DNA of 64,000 bases from assembly GCA_039621445.1 (NCBI GenBank), contig CP154954.1, positions 39,517,816 to 39,581,815 on the forward strand, read 5' to 3'. The stretch is from Euglena gracilis (taxonomy: Eukaryota). The notes beneath the pieces were generated by a model. It made no database searches. It was not told the origin of the DNA and saw only the letters and a list, made by a program, of their open reading frames with translations. Positions 48,716 to 61,192 of this stretch are shown here, in pieces; within the stretch, counting starts at the first letter, position 1, and every line of letters begins with the position of its first letter. Made by a program: the position numbers and the translations under genes.

Positions 48716-49674
48716 GGCTCCGAGCGGAAAATTGGCCATGGAACTTTTGGTGGTCGCTAGCGACCGGTCGCTAGCGACCATGGTCGCAAGCGACCGAATT
48801 CTGGTGACCGGTCGCCAGCGACCGTTGGTGGTCGGAGCGACCAATAATTCAACCACCCCCCCCCTCTCAGAAGATTTTTAAGCCCCCCCCCCCTGTGAAA
48901 AAAAAATTCCCCCAGAGAAAGCCATGAAATTTTATATCAAAAACTTCTTTTTCTGCTTTTAGGATCTTGCACGATATCAGACAATGTTTACGTTACTTTG
49001 TCAAGAGGGCGGTACGGGGGTACCGGGGGGGGGTGGGCGGCAGCCGGGGCGGGGGGGGGGGGGGCATTACCCTCACCCCCCCTCAGAGTGGCCAAAATTT
49101 TTTGTCAAATTTGCTTTACCCCCCTCAAAGCGGCCACTTTCGTTTGGTGCCAAAGCCCAGAAAAAAATTGTTATTGGAGGGCGGGGGGGGTGCGGGGGGG
49201 GCGGCAGCCCCCCCCCCCCCCCCCGCTAGACGACCAAGGGCGCCGAAGGCGCCTTAGGACTGTTTTGTTTACGGTGCGCGTGGCATTACATGCGCGCATG
49301 GCCCTGGGTCGGTTACCCCCCCCCAGAGGGGATTTTGTTGTTGGAGGGTGGAGGGGGGGTGCGGGGGGTGCTGGGGGGGGCGGCAGCCCCCCCCCCCCCT
49401 GCTAGACGACCAAAGGCGCCTTAGGACTGTTTGTTCACTGCGCGTGGCATTACATGCGCGCCTGGCCCTGGTAGCATCGTTTTGCAGTAATAAAATCCTG
49501 TTGGGGGGGGGCTTAAAAATTTTCTGAAGGGGGGGGGGTGGTCGAAATTTTGGTGGTAGCAACCGGTCGCTAGCGACCGGTCGCTCCGACCACCAATGGT
49601 CGGTCGACCGTGACCAACGGTCGCGGTCGCTAGCGACCACCAAAAGTTCCACGGCCAATTTTCCGCAATGAGCC
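48716..49674. mobile_element. Mutator-like non-autonomous element
   Basis: Long imperfect TIRs (~180 bp) starting GGCTC..GCGGAAAATTGGCC. 9-bp TSD GCCCACGA(T/C) at 48707-48715 and 49675-49683. Confidence 0.8.
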
Positions 49675-50540
49675 GCCCACGACCCTAAGTCGACCCTAAG
49701 CCGGCGACCAGGGTCGGCCCACTAGGGGGGGGTCTCCCGGACGGCTCCTTGGGCGACCTTTGGCGACCTTTGGCGACCGTGGGCCGACCCTAGGGTCGGC
49801 CCACAACCCCCCCCCCCAGGAGATCTACTCCCCACAGGGTTAGGGTTATCACAAAGTTGTGATTGGGTGATTCCTGCCTGTGCATAGAACTTCAAGCGTG
49901 TTGATTTGTGCTCGCCTGCATCGACGTGGGTGTTGCGGTGTTCTGAACCTCACAATTGAAAATTTTCTAAGTCCCCTCAAGCAGAAATGTGTATATTCCC
50001 GATATCAATTTTTCCGCAAATTTTCCGCAATTTCCGCACTTTTTCCGCAATTTTTCACAATTTTTCCGAAGGCCTCCGATATGAATTATCCCCCCCCTGC
50101 CCCGCGTCCCAGACACCCCCCAAGTTTCGCAAATCTGGCACAAAAAGAAGATATTGCCGAAAAAAATTGCAAATGGACCCCCGAATGGGGGTTTCTGAAG
50201 GCATTCGGGTGGCTTTTGGGTCATTCTCCTTCATATTTGAATGGAGGGATCCGGGGGGGGGGGCAGAAGCCCCCCCCCCCCCCCCCCCGGAGGAGGCCGT
50301 AGGCCGATAAGTTCGCATATCATTGGGGTTTGCGTATTGGGGTGTGGGCGAATGGGGGTTTGTGAAGGCATTTGGGTGGGTTTCGAGTCATTTTCCTTCA
50401 TATTTGAATGAAAAGATTTTTGGATTGAACATGACATCAAAAAATCCATGATGACCATGAATTTGCCCTAAAAATTCCAAAAATGCCCAAAATTATTGCA
50501 AAAAAACTATTGCTCAAAGAAGCGCATTGGGTGTTTGTTA

Positions 50541-50727
50541 CCACCCCCCCTCCTTATTTGAGCACACCCACGGGCTTAAGGACCCCCCAAATGCTCAAAT
50601 AAAGGGGGGGGTCAAAAGGGGGGGTTGAAAATTTGGCTTTAAGAAAAGACAAAAAAAATTCAGTGCCTAGAAAAAAATTCCCCAGACCCAAATGCTCAAT
50701 TAAGGGGGGGTCAAATAAGGGGGGTGG
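50541..50727. mobile_element. TA-flanked MITE (Tc1/mariner/pogo-like)
   Basis: TA|CCACCCCCC..TTATTTGA ... TCAAATAAGGGGGGTGG|TA. Confidence 0.75.
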
Positions 50728-50904
50728 TATGCTCAATGTTAGAAAGGAGAGACATAGCGACGTGATGTAGTGTGATGATTTTTTGGCAAAGAAAAACACT
50801 GTTATGTGGGCAGCTTCCATCAAAAACCCAAAAAATTGAAAATAATTTGCAAAATTCTGCCATTTGAGCCATTTTTGGCTGGTTTTCAGTGCCAGACGGT
50901 GGAC

Positions 50905-52572
50905 TGGGGGGGGTAGTGGGTAGTTGGCCGACTAGTCGCGACTACCCAATTGGTCGGCCGACAAGTCGGCCGACCAATTGGTCGGTAGCTAGTCGGCGAG
51001 AAGGGGGGGGGGGGCGTAGTGGGTAGTCGGCCGACTAGTCGGCTGACTATCCACTCTAATGTGCCCTCACCCCCCCCTATTTGCCCCCCCCCCCCAATTG
51101 GCTAATTGGGGGTCCCGTTGGACGGTCCATTAGCCATTTAGGGGGGGGTCAGGCTTATTGGCCATTGGCCGGGGTAACCCCTCCCTAATTGTCCCCCCCC
51201 CTAATTGGCTAATTGGGGGTCCGAAGGAGCCCGACCATTAGCCAAATAGGGGGGGGGGGGTGAGGGTACTAACAGGTCAAAAACCACCGACTTTTAAGCC
51301 CCCCCTGGGAAAATTTTTTTGTCCAAATCATATCAACGCCAGCCAAAACTAACCCAAATGGCTCCAGAACCCCCCCAATCGGGGGTGAATATCCAAAAAA
51401 AATTGGGGGAAAATATCCATTTTGGGGCACTTTTGGCAAAAGAACACCTCTCCCCATTGGATTTTCAATGTAAATCAAAGTTTGCACAAAAAGGATTTAC
51501 CCCCCCCCCCCCTGTTGCCCCACCGACCTCCCCCCGGGAGGCCCGACCGGACAATATGGGGGGGGACAATATGGGGGCACCAAAGGAATTTCATTGGCCG
51601 AGCCAAAAAAACCCCCCGTCGGCCGGGGCCGAGGGACAATATGGGGGGGGACAATATGGGGGGGGGGGGTGTTTTGTGGTATCCCTCCAAGTATATTGCT
51701 AACATAGAAGGGATTTTGTTATTTGAGGGGAGGGTGCGGCGGAGGCCCCCCCCCGCCTATGCCAAAGTGAGCCACAAAAACGACTTTGCCCCCGAGCATG
51801 TTGCCAACATAGAAGGGATTTTGTTATTTGAGGGGGGTGCGGGGGGGGGGGGGGGGGGGGGGGGGGGGGATCCACAAAAGCGACTTTGCCCCCGAGTATG
51901 TTGCCAACGCAGAAGGGATTTTGTTATTTGAGGCTCGGATGGGGGTGGAGGGGGGGAGTTTTCTGCCTCGTGATGCAGAATGCTAGCATTTCTAATGGAT
52001 TTCCATGTACCACCTCCCCCCTAATTGACCCCCCCCCCCTAATTGACCAAACGTCCCGGGGAAATTTTTTTCGACCCCCTAATTGACTGCCCGGGGGATT
52101 CTGTGCTGAAGCACCCCCTACTTGGCGGTCCCCCCCCCCCCCCAATTGACCCCCCCCAATTGAACCCCCCCCCCTAATTGACCAAAAGGGGGGTCCCGTG
52201 GAGAGGTCCCATTAGGTCGTCTTTTAGGTCAATTAGGGGGGGGAGGTGGTAATCCTTGTTTCATGAGTGGTTTTTTACCCCTCCAGACCCCCATCAAGGG
52301 CCCACCGACCCCCCACCGACCAAAGATTTCCATCCGGGGGTGTTCATTTGGGCGTAAGACACTTATTTGGACCCATCCGGACCATTTTTCCGGGTGATTT
52401 GGGCCCGCCACAGACCATTTTTATGACCACCGATTAACCACCGACTGGTTTGCATAGGTTTTCCTTCATGGGGGGAGGGGGCTCAAAAGTTGGCGGTTTG
52501 GACCCGTTAGTACATCAGAGTGGGTAGTCGGCCGACTAATCGGCCGACTACCCGCACCCCCCCCCCCAGTCT
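50905..52572. mobile_element. Inverted-repeat element with GGTAGTCGGCCGACTA motifs that hosts nested MITEs
   Basis: 51015-51310 (minus an inserted MITE at ~51061-51269) is the reverse complement of ~52470-52560. Boundaries are approximate. Confidence 0.6.
52010..52249. mobile_element. TA-flanked MITE
   Basis: TA|CCACCTCCCCCCTAATTGACC ... GGTCAATTAGGGGGGGGAGGTGG|TA. Confidence 0.85.
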
Positions 52573-53155
52573 GCTGCCCTGGTTTTCTGCCATTTCAGGC
52601 GCATTTGTGATGGTCAAGGTTTTCCACAACCATGAATGAATGCTCAAACTCCAAAGCCAGAAATTGGTATGCGGAAAATGTCCAAGAACTGCTGTCTTTG
52701 ATATTTCTCAATACCACATGTTGGCATTGGAGTTTTATTGTCAATTAACACCGAATTGTATTTGGAAAAAAAAAAGCTCAAAACGGCTCAAAACAAACCA
52801 ATGGAACTCATTTGTCAACGGTTGGAATGAAGTGGGCCAAATTCTGAGGTCAATCGGCTTTTGCAGCAATGACATTTCCGCTTCAAACCATTCATTTCTG
52901 CATTCTGAACCATTTCGGTCGGTTCTGGGCAAGGTTGACGGGGTTTTTTTTGAAACAGAAAAAATGTGTTTATTTTAAAAAAATATGTTTTTTAAAAAAA
53001 ACAAAAAACGTCATTGAGGGTTTGGGAGAAAATTTTGGAATGTTTTTTTAGGACAAGTTCATTTTTTATTTCTGCAGCATTCATTTTTTGTTTTTTTGGG
53101 GGGGGGTTGAATCATGATTTTTTTGCACCAGAAAACACAGAGTTGGAAATATTTC

Positions 53156-53272
53156 TATAGAAAAATCGTGGTGTAACCCATATACGGGCCGTATAACGGG
53201 TCATGGGCGCCGCAGGCGCCCATGACCCGTTATACGGCCTGTATACGGGTTACACCCACGATTTTTTCTATA
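53156..53272. repeat. ~115-bp near-perfect hairpin (foldback MITE-like)
   Basis: TATAGAAAAATCGTGG..TGGGCGCC-GCA-GGCGCCCA..CCACGATTTTTTCTATA. Confidence 0.9.
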
Positions 53273-54571
53273 ATCGTGGACTAAGAGGCCCGACGCCTGC
53301 CCTGTATATCGTTGATTGGCTTCACGCTTCAAATTAGCAGCATTTTTTTTAACAAAAAAATCAAAATTTTCAGTCCACGAGGCGCCTCCCTGTATTTCGT
53401 GGACTCAGTCCACGAAATACAGGGCAGGCGCCGGGGGGGGGGGTGGGCAATGCCTGCCCTGTATTTCGTGGACTGAAACAATGTTCTTTTTCCAGTTGCT
53501 TTTCTGCACCAATGGCGAAACGCGCGGCTATCATCATACTCCCTCGTCCCCCGAAAACATCTGAATTTTTGGCCATGTTGGAGAAAATCATCGACAACAA
53601 AAAAAACACCAGTCGTCGATCCAGTTCACGGGACTTTGCTCCAACAAGCAACAGCAAATAAGCCAGCTGCATTTGTGCCTTGGCACATCTGATGGATTTC
53701 CATCAACTGTGTCAGGACCTATAGGCAGTGTATGATGATCTGGATGACTTTTTTGTTGCCAGTGCCGGCTGGATGATTGATCCCAGTTTGTTGGTTGACG
53801 GCACAGCCCAAATCAGGCAACTGTGGGATCAACGGTGTGCACAGGCCGGTCAAAGATGCAGCGCCATCGCAGTGAAAGCATCCTCCTTCCGCGGCTACCT
53901 GACTGCCGTGGGACGAGCATACTCCTCAATCAAGCCAGAAACCCAAGCGGTGCCTTCCTCCAACTCCCAGTTTTCAAAGTTCCCGCGGTTCTTTCCGTCT
54001 GCTTACACCCGTGAACTCACCAAAAAAGCGGCAAACCAGGCTGTGCACCCCCCCATGAAATTTTACAGGACGACGAGTTGCCACGGGTGTTGTGAGAAGT
54101 GGATTGGACAAAGCCCTTTGAGGCCCAGCGGGCCAATATTTTTATTCTGGGTTTCTGCACAGGCTACCGCCCAGAGGTTCTGCGGAGACTGGAGGTTGAT
54201 TCCTTTGTGGAATCTGGAAACAGCACAAGCAGTTTCACTAGCCACTTCGTTGGGTCCCCTTTTCAGTGGCTAAAGCATTCTTTTTGCGTTCTGCTCATTG
54301 TGAAGTACAAAGGCAAGGATTTGCATTGAGTATCTCTTTGACAGTAGTAATATGTCAAAAAATCCAGTCCACAAAAACCATGCACTGATATTCGTGGACT
54401 CAGTCCACGAAATACAGTGCAGGCGTTGACCCCCCCCCCCCCGGCACCTGCCCTGTATTTCGTCAGTCCACGAAATATAGGGCAGGCGCCAGGGGGGGGG
54501 TCAACGCCTGCACTGTATTTCGTGTTCCAATCCACGATATACAGGGCAGGCGTCGGGCCTCAGTCCACGAT
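53273..54571. mobile_element. TIR element flanked by TATA, carrying a tyrosine-recombinase remnant (Crypton-like)
   Basis: TIR ATCGTGGACT..GAGGCCCGACGCCTGCCCTGTATATCG. TATA at 53269-53272 and 54572-54575. Internal repeats of CCTGTATTTCGTGGACTCAGTCCACGAAATACAG. Confidence 0.75.
53728..54260 (+). pseudogene. Decayed Crypton/DUF3504-like tyrosine recombinase fragment
   Basis: KASSFRGYLTAVGRAY...FSKF...RELTKK, then a frameshift in the C-run at ~54050, then EILQDDELPRVL*EVDWTKPFEAQRANIFILGFCTGYRPEVLRRLEVDSF (box-I-like TGYR at 54159-54170; stop at 54093). Confidence 0.55.
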
Positions 54572-54702
54572 TATAACACAAAAAATTTTTAGAGGGGTAT
54601 TCCTCCCGTGACCCCCCCCCAACCCGACTTAAGACCCATTTCGGCCAATTTTTTTCTGAAAAAATTTGCCGGTGATGCCTAATTTGACAAAATATTCAGG
54701 TA

Positions 54703-57689
54703 CTTAGGCGGCCTAATTCGAACTTAAGCTTTTTTCGTTTGATGCGCGCATTTGCGCAAATTTACGATTTTTTTGATTGTGCCCTGTTTCGGCTGTGAAG
54801 GTCAGGGGGGTTTGAAAACACGGCAACAAGAGAGTGCAAAAAATGATCGAAATTCTGATTTTGGCTGTGAGAGCCCCAGGACTTTGGCGAAAAACAGTGA
54901 TTTTTGGGGGTGTCGGAAAGGACTTTGTGGGCTCAAACCTACGGGACCCTGCCGGCCCACCCTGAAAAAAACGCAAAAAAACACCATAGGAACGGGACCT
55001 TTACTGCCCCTGTTGCTTCTTTCGGCTGTGTCCCCGGGTGTGCCCGAGCTGCCGGCGGTGTGCGTCCTGGGTGTTTGCCGGACTGCGTTGCTTGCGGCGC
55101 CCCAGTGTGGTGTTTTTGAGCTGTTTGTTAAAGTGCAGGGAGGAAGGTCCGGGGGGTGTGGGTGTGGTGTGACCGAGCCGGCGGGAAGGACGCTGGGGAA
55201 GAAAGATGAGTGTGGGGTGTTTGGGAAGGGATGCGCAGAGGGGGAAGGAACGGGGTCCGCAGGGAATGAAGGGAATAAAGGGGACGGGTGTCTCCCACGC
55301 GGCTTATACCCAGGACCCACACAACCAGTGGTGTGGCAAAGAACCCTGCAGAAGAAGCCCAACACTGGAAGGACAAAATTACGTTTGATGCGCGCAATTG
55401 CGCGCACCAACATGTTTATGTTGATGCGCGCAATTGCACACATCAACATAAACATGTCCTTCAAGGATTGGGCTTTGGTACCCACGAACTGACGCTGCTG
55501 ATAAACGGTGTGACAAAGAGGCCGTGACGGCACGGACTGACGGGCCATCCAGTTGGTGGGTTTGCCACACTGTTTGTCAACGCGCAAGCTTATGGGCGCA
55601 AATGCGCGCATCAAACACAAAACATTTTTATGCGCGCATTTGCGCAAATGCGCGCATAAACATGTTTTGTGTTTGATGCGCGCATTTGCGCAAATGAACG
55701 CAAAGAAGAACGGTGTGACAGAAACACAGCCGTCAAACGCCGACAGCGGAAGTGGTTTATTTGCGCACTTGCGCGCATCACGTTGTCTGTGGGCGCAAAT
55801 GAGCAAATAAAACAGATGTAAATTGTTCAGTTTACATCTGTTTTATTTGTGCATTTGCGTCCATAAAACAACGTGATGCGCGCAAATGCGCAAATAAACC
55901 ACCAATGGAGGAGTAATAAGTGACTTCCTTTGGTGCTCCTACAGCCACCCTTAGTGGCTTCTGAGTGGGTTCAACCCAAATGACTACACCGTCCCCTCCG
56001 GGATATGGTGTTACGGTGCCGTTTTTGGACCATCGACAGGCCCGGCAAAAGATGGAGACATAGCATCTTTTGATGGTGGGTGCACAGCCACCCAGTAACA
56101 GTGCACATCCACTGGCACCAATTTTTGGTTCCCAAGGGCCCTGCGGCTGGCCTGCGGCTTCGGCTCCGCCGCTGCAGCCCCATCAGCTGCTGATGCTTCA
56201 GCACCCAGCAGGCCGGCATCGACCTCCCCGGTGCAATGACACCCACCACAGCGGCCACGTTATACCCCGCCACTGGGGTGTAAGATTGGGGGGACGACGT
56301 GGTGCCAGTGCATGGCAACCAACAGCTGGAGAGAGGTGGCCCTCAAACACCCGTTACTTTGGGTACAAGGAAGTGGTGGATTGGTCGTATCAAAGCGGTG
56401 GGACCCACTTCCCCCCAAATTGTGCACAAAAACCGGTGTTTTTTACATTTTTCAAGGGAAAAATGGCAAAGAAAACCATAAAACGGACTACGGCCCGACA
56501 CGTCCCGGGTGTTTCAGGTGCCAAATTTTGACTTCTTGCAACGCAGTCTTGTTGCACAAAAGGTGTTCAACAGTCACAGGTCGTTTGCACGTCATCATTT
56601 CATTACATTTAATTGCCAAACGCATGACGCCAAAACAACAGGCCGTTCGGGCCGGGGAACAGCAGTGCACATGTACACACGCAAGGCAGGCAAATCTTGG
56701 CCAGTCAGATGCCGTGTTCCAGTGAACACTCCACACTGCCTCTCACCACCAATTTCATCACCACGTAATCTTGGTGCAAATCAATGGTTGGCGTGAGGAA
56801 TTGTGTTCGCCAGCCGTCACGGAGCAGGAGATGGTATCCCACAACTGATGTGTTTTGATGCGCGCATTTGCGCAAATAAACAAACTTTGTTTATGTGCTC
56901 TAAGGGCCCTACAAACACATCATTTTGAAGCGGTTTATTAACGTGTTGATGCGCGCATTTGCGCAAATGCGCGCATCAACAAAAGTGTCTTTATTTGCGC
57001 AATTGCGCGCACCAACACGTCCATCACGTTTTTAAACCTTCTAGTTCATGGTCCTTATTGGTGTCTTTTAACATGGAAGGAAAACGTACGTGTTTGGTGG
57101 GCGGAAATGCGCGCATCAAACGCATTTGGTGGTGTGCGCTTTTGCGCAAATGCGCACATAAACAAATTTGTTGGTGCGCGCACTGGCGCCCATAAACACG
57201 TCATTTTATCATCATCGGTGGACGTTTTATTTGCGCAAATGCGCGCATCAAACACAATTGTTTTATTTGCGCAATTGCGCCCATAAACACACATCAATTG
57301 CGTGATGACTGGCTCACGTAGTCTGTGTGCCTGTGGTGTTGTTATCTAGTGAGACTCAGTGTGTTCTCACCGGTGGCGGCAGTATCCAAGCCAGTTCAGG
57401 CAGCACGTCAGCACCGTTTCCAAGTGTCGTCACAAGGGGTGTGTGCCTCTCTCCCGTTTGATGTACAACAGCACAAGTCTCACCCTCCGTCCTATTAACG
57501 TCACCTGGTAAGCAGCATGCACACCAGACCACTGGGAGTTAATCCCCTCCAATAGATGGGTGTAACGGTTCTTAAATCGTGTTCTGGCTGTCAGGGTACA
57601 GGGTCCAAGGGGTTACAAAAAAATTGTAAATTTGCGCAATTGCGCGCATCAAAAGGAAAAAAGTTTAAGTGCGAATTCGGCCGCCTAAG
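54703..57689. mobile_element. 2987-bp non-autonomous DNA transposon with ~75-bp TIRs and a 5-bp TSD, rich in the GATGCGCGCAATTGCGCAAAT motif
   Basis: Left end CTTAGGCGGCCTAATTCGAACTTAAGC..GATGCGCGCATTTGCGCAAATTTACG. Right end, reverse complement: CTTAGGCGGCCGAATTCGCACTTAAAC..GATGCGCGCAATTGCGCAAATTTACA. TSD AGGTA at 54698-54702 and 57690-57694. It interrupts a host repeat with GAT(G/T)CCTAATTT motifs on both sides. Confidence 0.9.
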
Positions 57690-58042
57690 AGGTAGATTCC
57701 TAATTTTGAGACATAAATTTTGGTGATGCCTAATTTGGTGTCAAATACTACTAATTTTAGGTTGGGGGATTCCTAATTTGGAGCCAAAAAGGATTTTCCC
57801 CCAAGAAACCGTTTTTGGGCCGATTTCGAGATTTTAAAAGTCTTAAATCTTCGCCCAAAACACAATTTCAAACAAGAACAGTGTTTTGGGCCAAGGTTTT
57901 AGGGGGGCCCAGAGGCGGGGACCGCGGCGCCGAAGGCGCCGCGGTCCCTGCCCCTGGGCTCCCCCTAACTCTTGGCCCAAACACAGTTCTTGACACAAAA
58001 TTTGTTTTCGGTGATTCCTAATTTGGCCATCAAAAATGTGGT

Positions 58043-58542
58043 CAAGGCTGCATGGAGGTAGAGGGATAGAGGTCGAGGTAGAGGTAGAGGTAGAGGTAGA
58101 GGTCAAGGGCTGCATAGAGGTAGAGGGATAGAGGTAGAGGTAGAGGTAGAGGTAGAGGTAGAGGTTTTCCAACCTCCTCTATCCCTCTATGTCACCTCTG
58201 TGTCAAAAACCAAAGGAAAATGACTCAATAAAGGAATTTTTGTGCAAGCAAAGGAGAAATGCATGAAAGGTTTTCAGAATTGCTCAATGTGGTCACATAA
58301 CTGCGCCAACAACTTTCAAAATCACCAACCCACATATTGTTTCTCATCCCCTCGCCATTTTGCATGTGTTTTCATGCGAAATTGCCATTTTCCGAGCAGG
58401 TGGGGTGTTTTATGACCCTTTTTGAGGTCATTTTGGCACATTTTACAGACATAGAGGTGACATAGAGGTAGAGGTAGAGGTAGAGGTGGTTGACATAGAG
58501 GTAGAGGCCTTTGACCTCCACCTCCACCTCTATGCAGCCCTG
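58043..58542. mobile_element. MITE with CA(A/G)GGCTGCAT termini and internal (GAGGTA)n, hAT-like
   Basis: TIR CAAGGCTGCATGGAGG / CCTCTATGCAGCCCTG. ATGTGGT is duplicated on both flanks (7 bp visible). Confidence 0.7.
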
Positions 58543-59975
58543 ATGTGGTGTTCCCCCGTGACCCCCCCGTGACCCCCCCGTGACCCGAACCACACCCGAA
58601 AAATTTTCCGCAAAAAAAAATGGCAAGTTCGCAAGGAAAAAGGTCAATTTTTGCTTTTTCAAAAAAACATGCGTTTTTGCGTTTTTTTTTAATAAAAACA
58701 TGTTTTTTTGTTGTTTTTTTAAAAAAAAAGAAACAAAAAAACACGTCAACCCTGGTTCTGGGGGGCTCCAACAAAATCATCATTCAAGGCGCAGTATTTT
58801 GGACGGAGTTTGCGTCTTAAGATATAGACGTCATGCCCGAAGTCGTTTTAGGCGCAGACTCCGTTCCGAGTCCCTGCGCCTTAGACGCGGACTTAAGGGC
58901 GACTGTGCAAAACACATTTCTGAGATAAAATGCAAACATTTTTGAGATAAAGTGCAAAAGGTTGACCGGAAATGCAAAAATATACGGTGTGGAGTGCAAA
59001 ATATTCAGGTGTTAGGTGTAATGTATCAAATTTTGGAACATGGCCGGGATAATTCGTGCTTGGCAGGGAGTTTCGGGGAACTCAAAATATCGCTAGATAG
59101 GGCATTTTAAGGGCTTCAATTTAGGTCTCTGGACATTTCCTTTGATTTTTTTTTGCTTCGTTTTCGAGATATTTTGGAAACATCGATTCTTTGACCCCGA
59201 AAACAGCCCAAAATGGCCCCAGAAATGTGCTCAAAATTGGCCGAAAAATGGCCGCAACTCGAGTTGGACGACCCCGCTTCCCCCTTAACCCCTAAGTTCA
59301 AAAACTGCCAAAAAAATGGTCAAAAACATCAAGAACAAAAAATGTAATTTATGATTTTTTTCCATTTCTGTGGGAATGTTTTTTTTAACATTTGTTTCAT
59401 GATGGTTCACAAGGACAAAACTGCATGTATGAAAAAAATAATCCCTTCCGTAAAGCCCTTGCCTCACACCTTTGTTGACTTTTTTTGTGGGAGGGGACAG
59501 GCTTTTTTAGGGGGGGATTTTCGGACACTTGGAAGCATAAGGTATAGAACCGCCAAAATCGGGCCGATTTCAGGGGGGGGGTCGCACACCCCAGACCCTT
59601 CCGTTTGCGCCATTGCGGCGTTTGAAAGGCAGTGCGAGCTTTTGCATGGAACCACCAGTTCCGCCTAAGGCGAGAACGATTTTTTGTTTCGCACTGTGAC
59701 TCTGTTTTCAAAGGCGCTTGGCAGCGGGCCAATTGGCAACGGGATTTTTCGGGGAGTGGCCGACTGGGTCTCCAAATGTTTGCAATGCAAGGTTCGTTGT
59801 TCCCACGTTTTCAGCTGCCTGTGCAGCTCGCACATTATGTGCATCTGTTGGCCGCCTTGTGTCCCGGTTGCGGGGTCCCCCCTTTTGTTTCCACGTCCAT
59901 CGTGATCAACAGCACCACCGCCTCAGCTGTGTTTTGTTAACTCCTCACATCTTGCCTTTTTAGGACCTTTTTTGT

Positions 59976-60103
59976 CTGTCTTGGAAATCGTTTTACACCA
60001 ACGATCGCCTGTCTTGGAAATTGTTTTACACCAACGGTCGCCTGTCTTGGAAATCGTTTTACACTAACGGTCGCCTGTCTTGGAAATCGTTTTACACTAA
60101 CGG
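59976..60103. repeat. 33-bp minisatellite, ~4 copies
   Basis: TGTCTTGGAAATCGTTTTACAC(C/T)AACGGTCGCC starts at 59977, 60010, 60043 and 60076. Confidence 0.95.
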
Positions 60104-60768
60104 ATTCAGCCTGAAATCCGCTAGTGTCTGTAGAAATTCAAGACAGGCGTCGGGCCCAGGAAATAGGTTTTAATAAGCTACCCTATTAATAATTTAATAA
60201 ACTACTACCATTATGGGTAGAAAACCGGCAATCGCATGTTCCGACCCTGTTTAAAAATTCAAATTCCACTGTGCACCTGCCATGTTGCCCATCGATCGAA
60301 AGCTGTTCACAAGGGCTGAGGCCTTAACTTGGCCATAACTTTAAGCTGTGCAGCTTGGAACTCTATTTGAAAAATTCCCCAGAGTTGGCTGGCTAAAGAG
60401 TTGGGAAATCATTGTAGAAAGACCTCAATTCCTGACCAAAGACCCCAAAAAAAAACTGCTCAGATGTGCTTACCACATGTCTACAAACCATTTTGGACAC
60501 TTTTTGGCATTTTTTTTTTAATTTTGGGTCCCCCAGACGTCAGGTTCACGCCCGAACCGGCGTCTTGGATGCCGGTTCGGTGCAGAAATTTCTCAACTGA
60601 ACCGGCGTCCCAGATGCCAATTCGGGCGTGAACCCGGAGCCCCTAGACACTGTTTCAATACATGGGCATGAAAAACCATTTTCTGGGCATTTTTTTTTGG
60701 CAATCTTGGAGGTTTTGTTGGCCTGGGTCAAATTTCGGCCTTTTTAGACCAATCCAAAGTTTCAAATA

Positions 60769-60867
60769 CCATGCCCTCCCGATAGTGTCCCCCCCCCCGA
60801 TAGTCTCCCACACCCGCCCTGCTGTTGGGCCGGGTATGGGACACTATCGGGGGGAGGGGGGGCATGG
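60769..60867. mobile_element. Small MITE (CCATGCCC termini)
   Basis: TA|CCATGCCCTCCCGATAGTGTCCC ... GGGACACTATCGGG..GGGCATGG|TG. Confidence 0.65.
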
Positions 60868-61192
60868 TGCCTCCAATATGTTAGAAAAGGGGTGGCGGAG
60901 ACCAGTTCTGCCATGAACCCGGCGTCCGGGGACGCCGGGTTCACGGTAGAACCGGCGTTCGCCACCCCTTTTCTTAAATCGGCGCTTTAGGGATGCCGGG
61001 TTCACGACAGAACCGGCTTCCCCAACCTTCGGTCAAAGGACACTCGCAGGACCAATCACCGGCCATTAATCTGAAATGTCACGCTATTTTGCATTTCGCC
61101 CAATTCCGACGATCGCGAGCGTATCTCTGGCTGTGTCAAGCGTCCAGGTACAAAATCACCCTCATTTGAAAGCTCATTTCATCAGACAACTA

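Noticed and set aside
49836-49848. Telomere-like AGGGTTAGGGTTA
   Set aside because: Only two units; not an array.
54752-55806. ORFs of 246 and 334 aa in the 5-bp-TSD element
   Set aside because: They run through motif hairpins, lack the GC3 bias of the real exons and show no recognisable domain.
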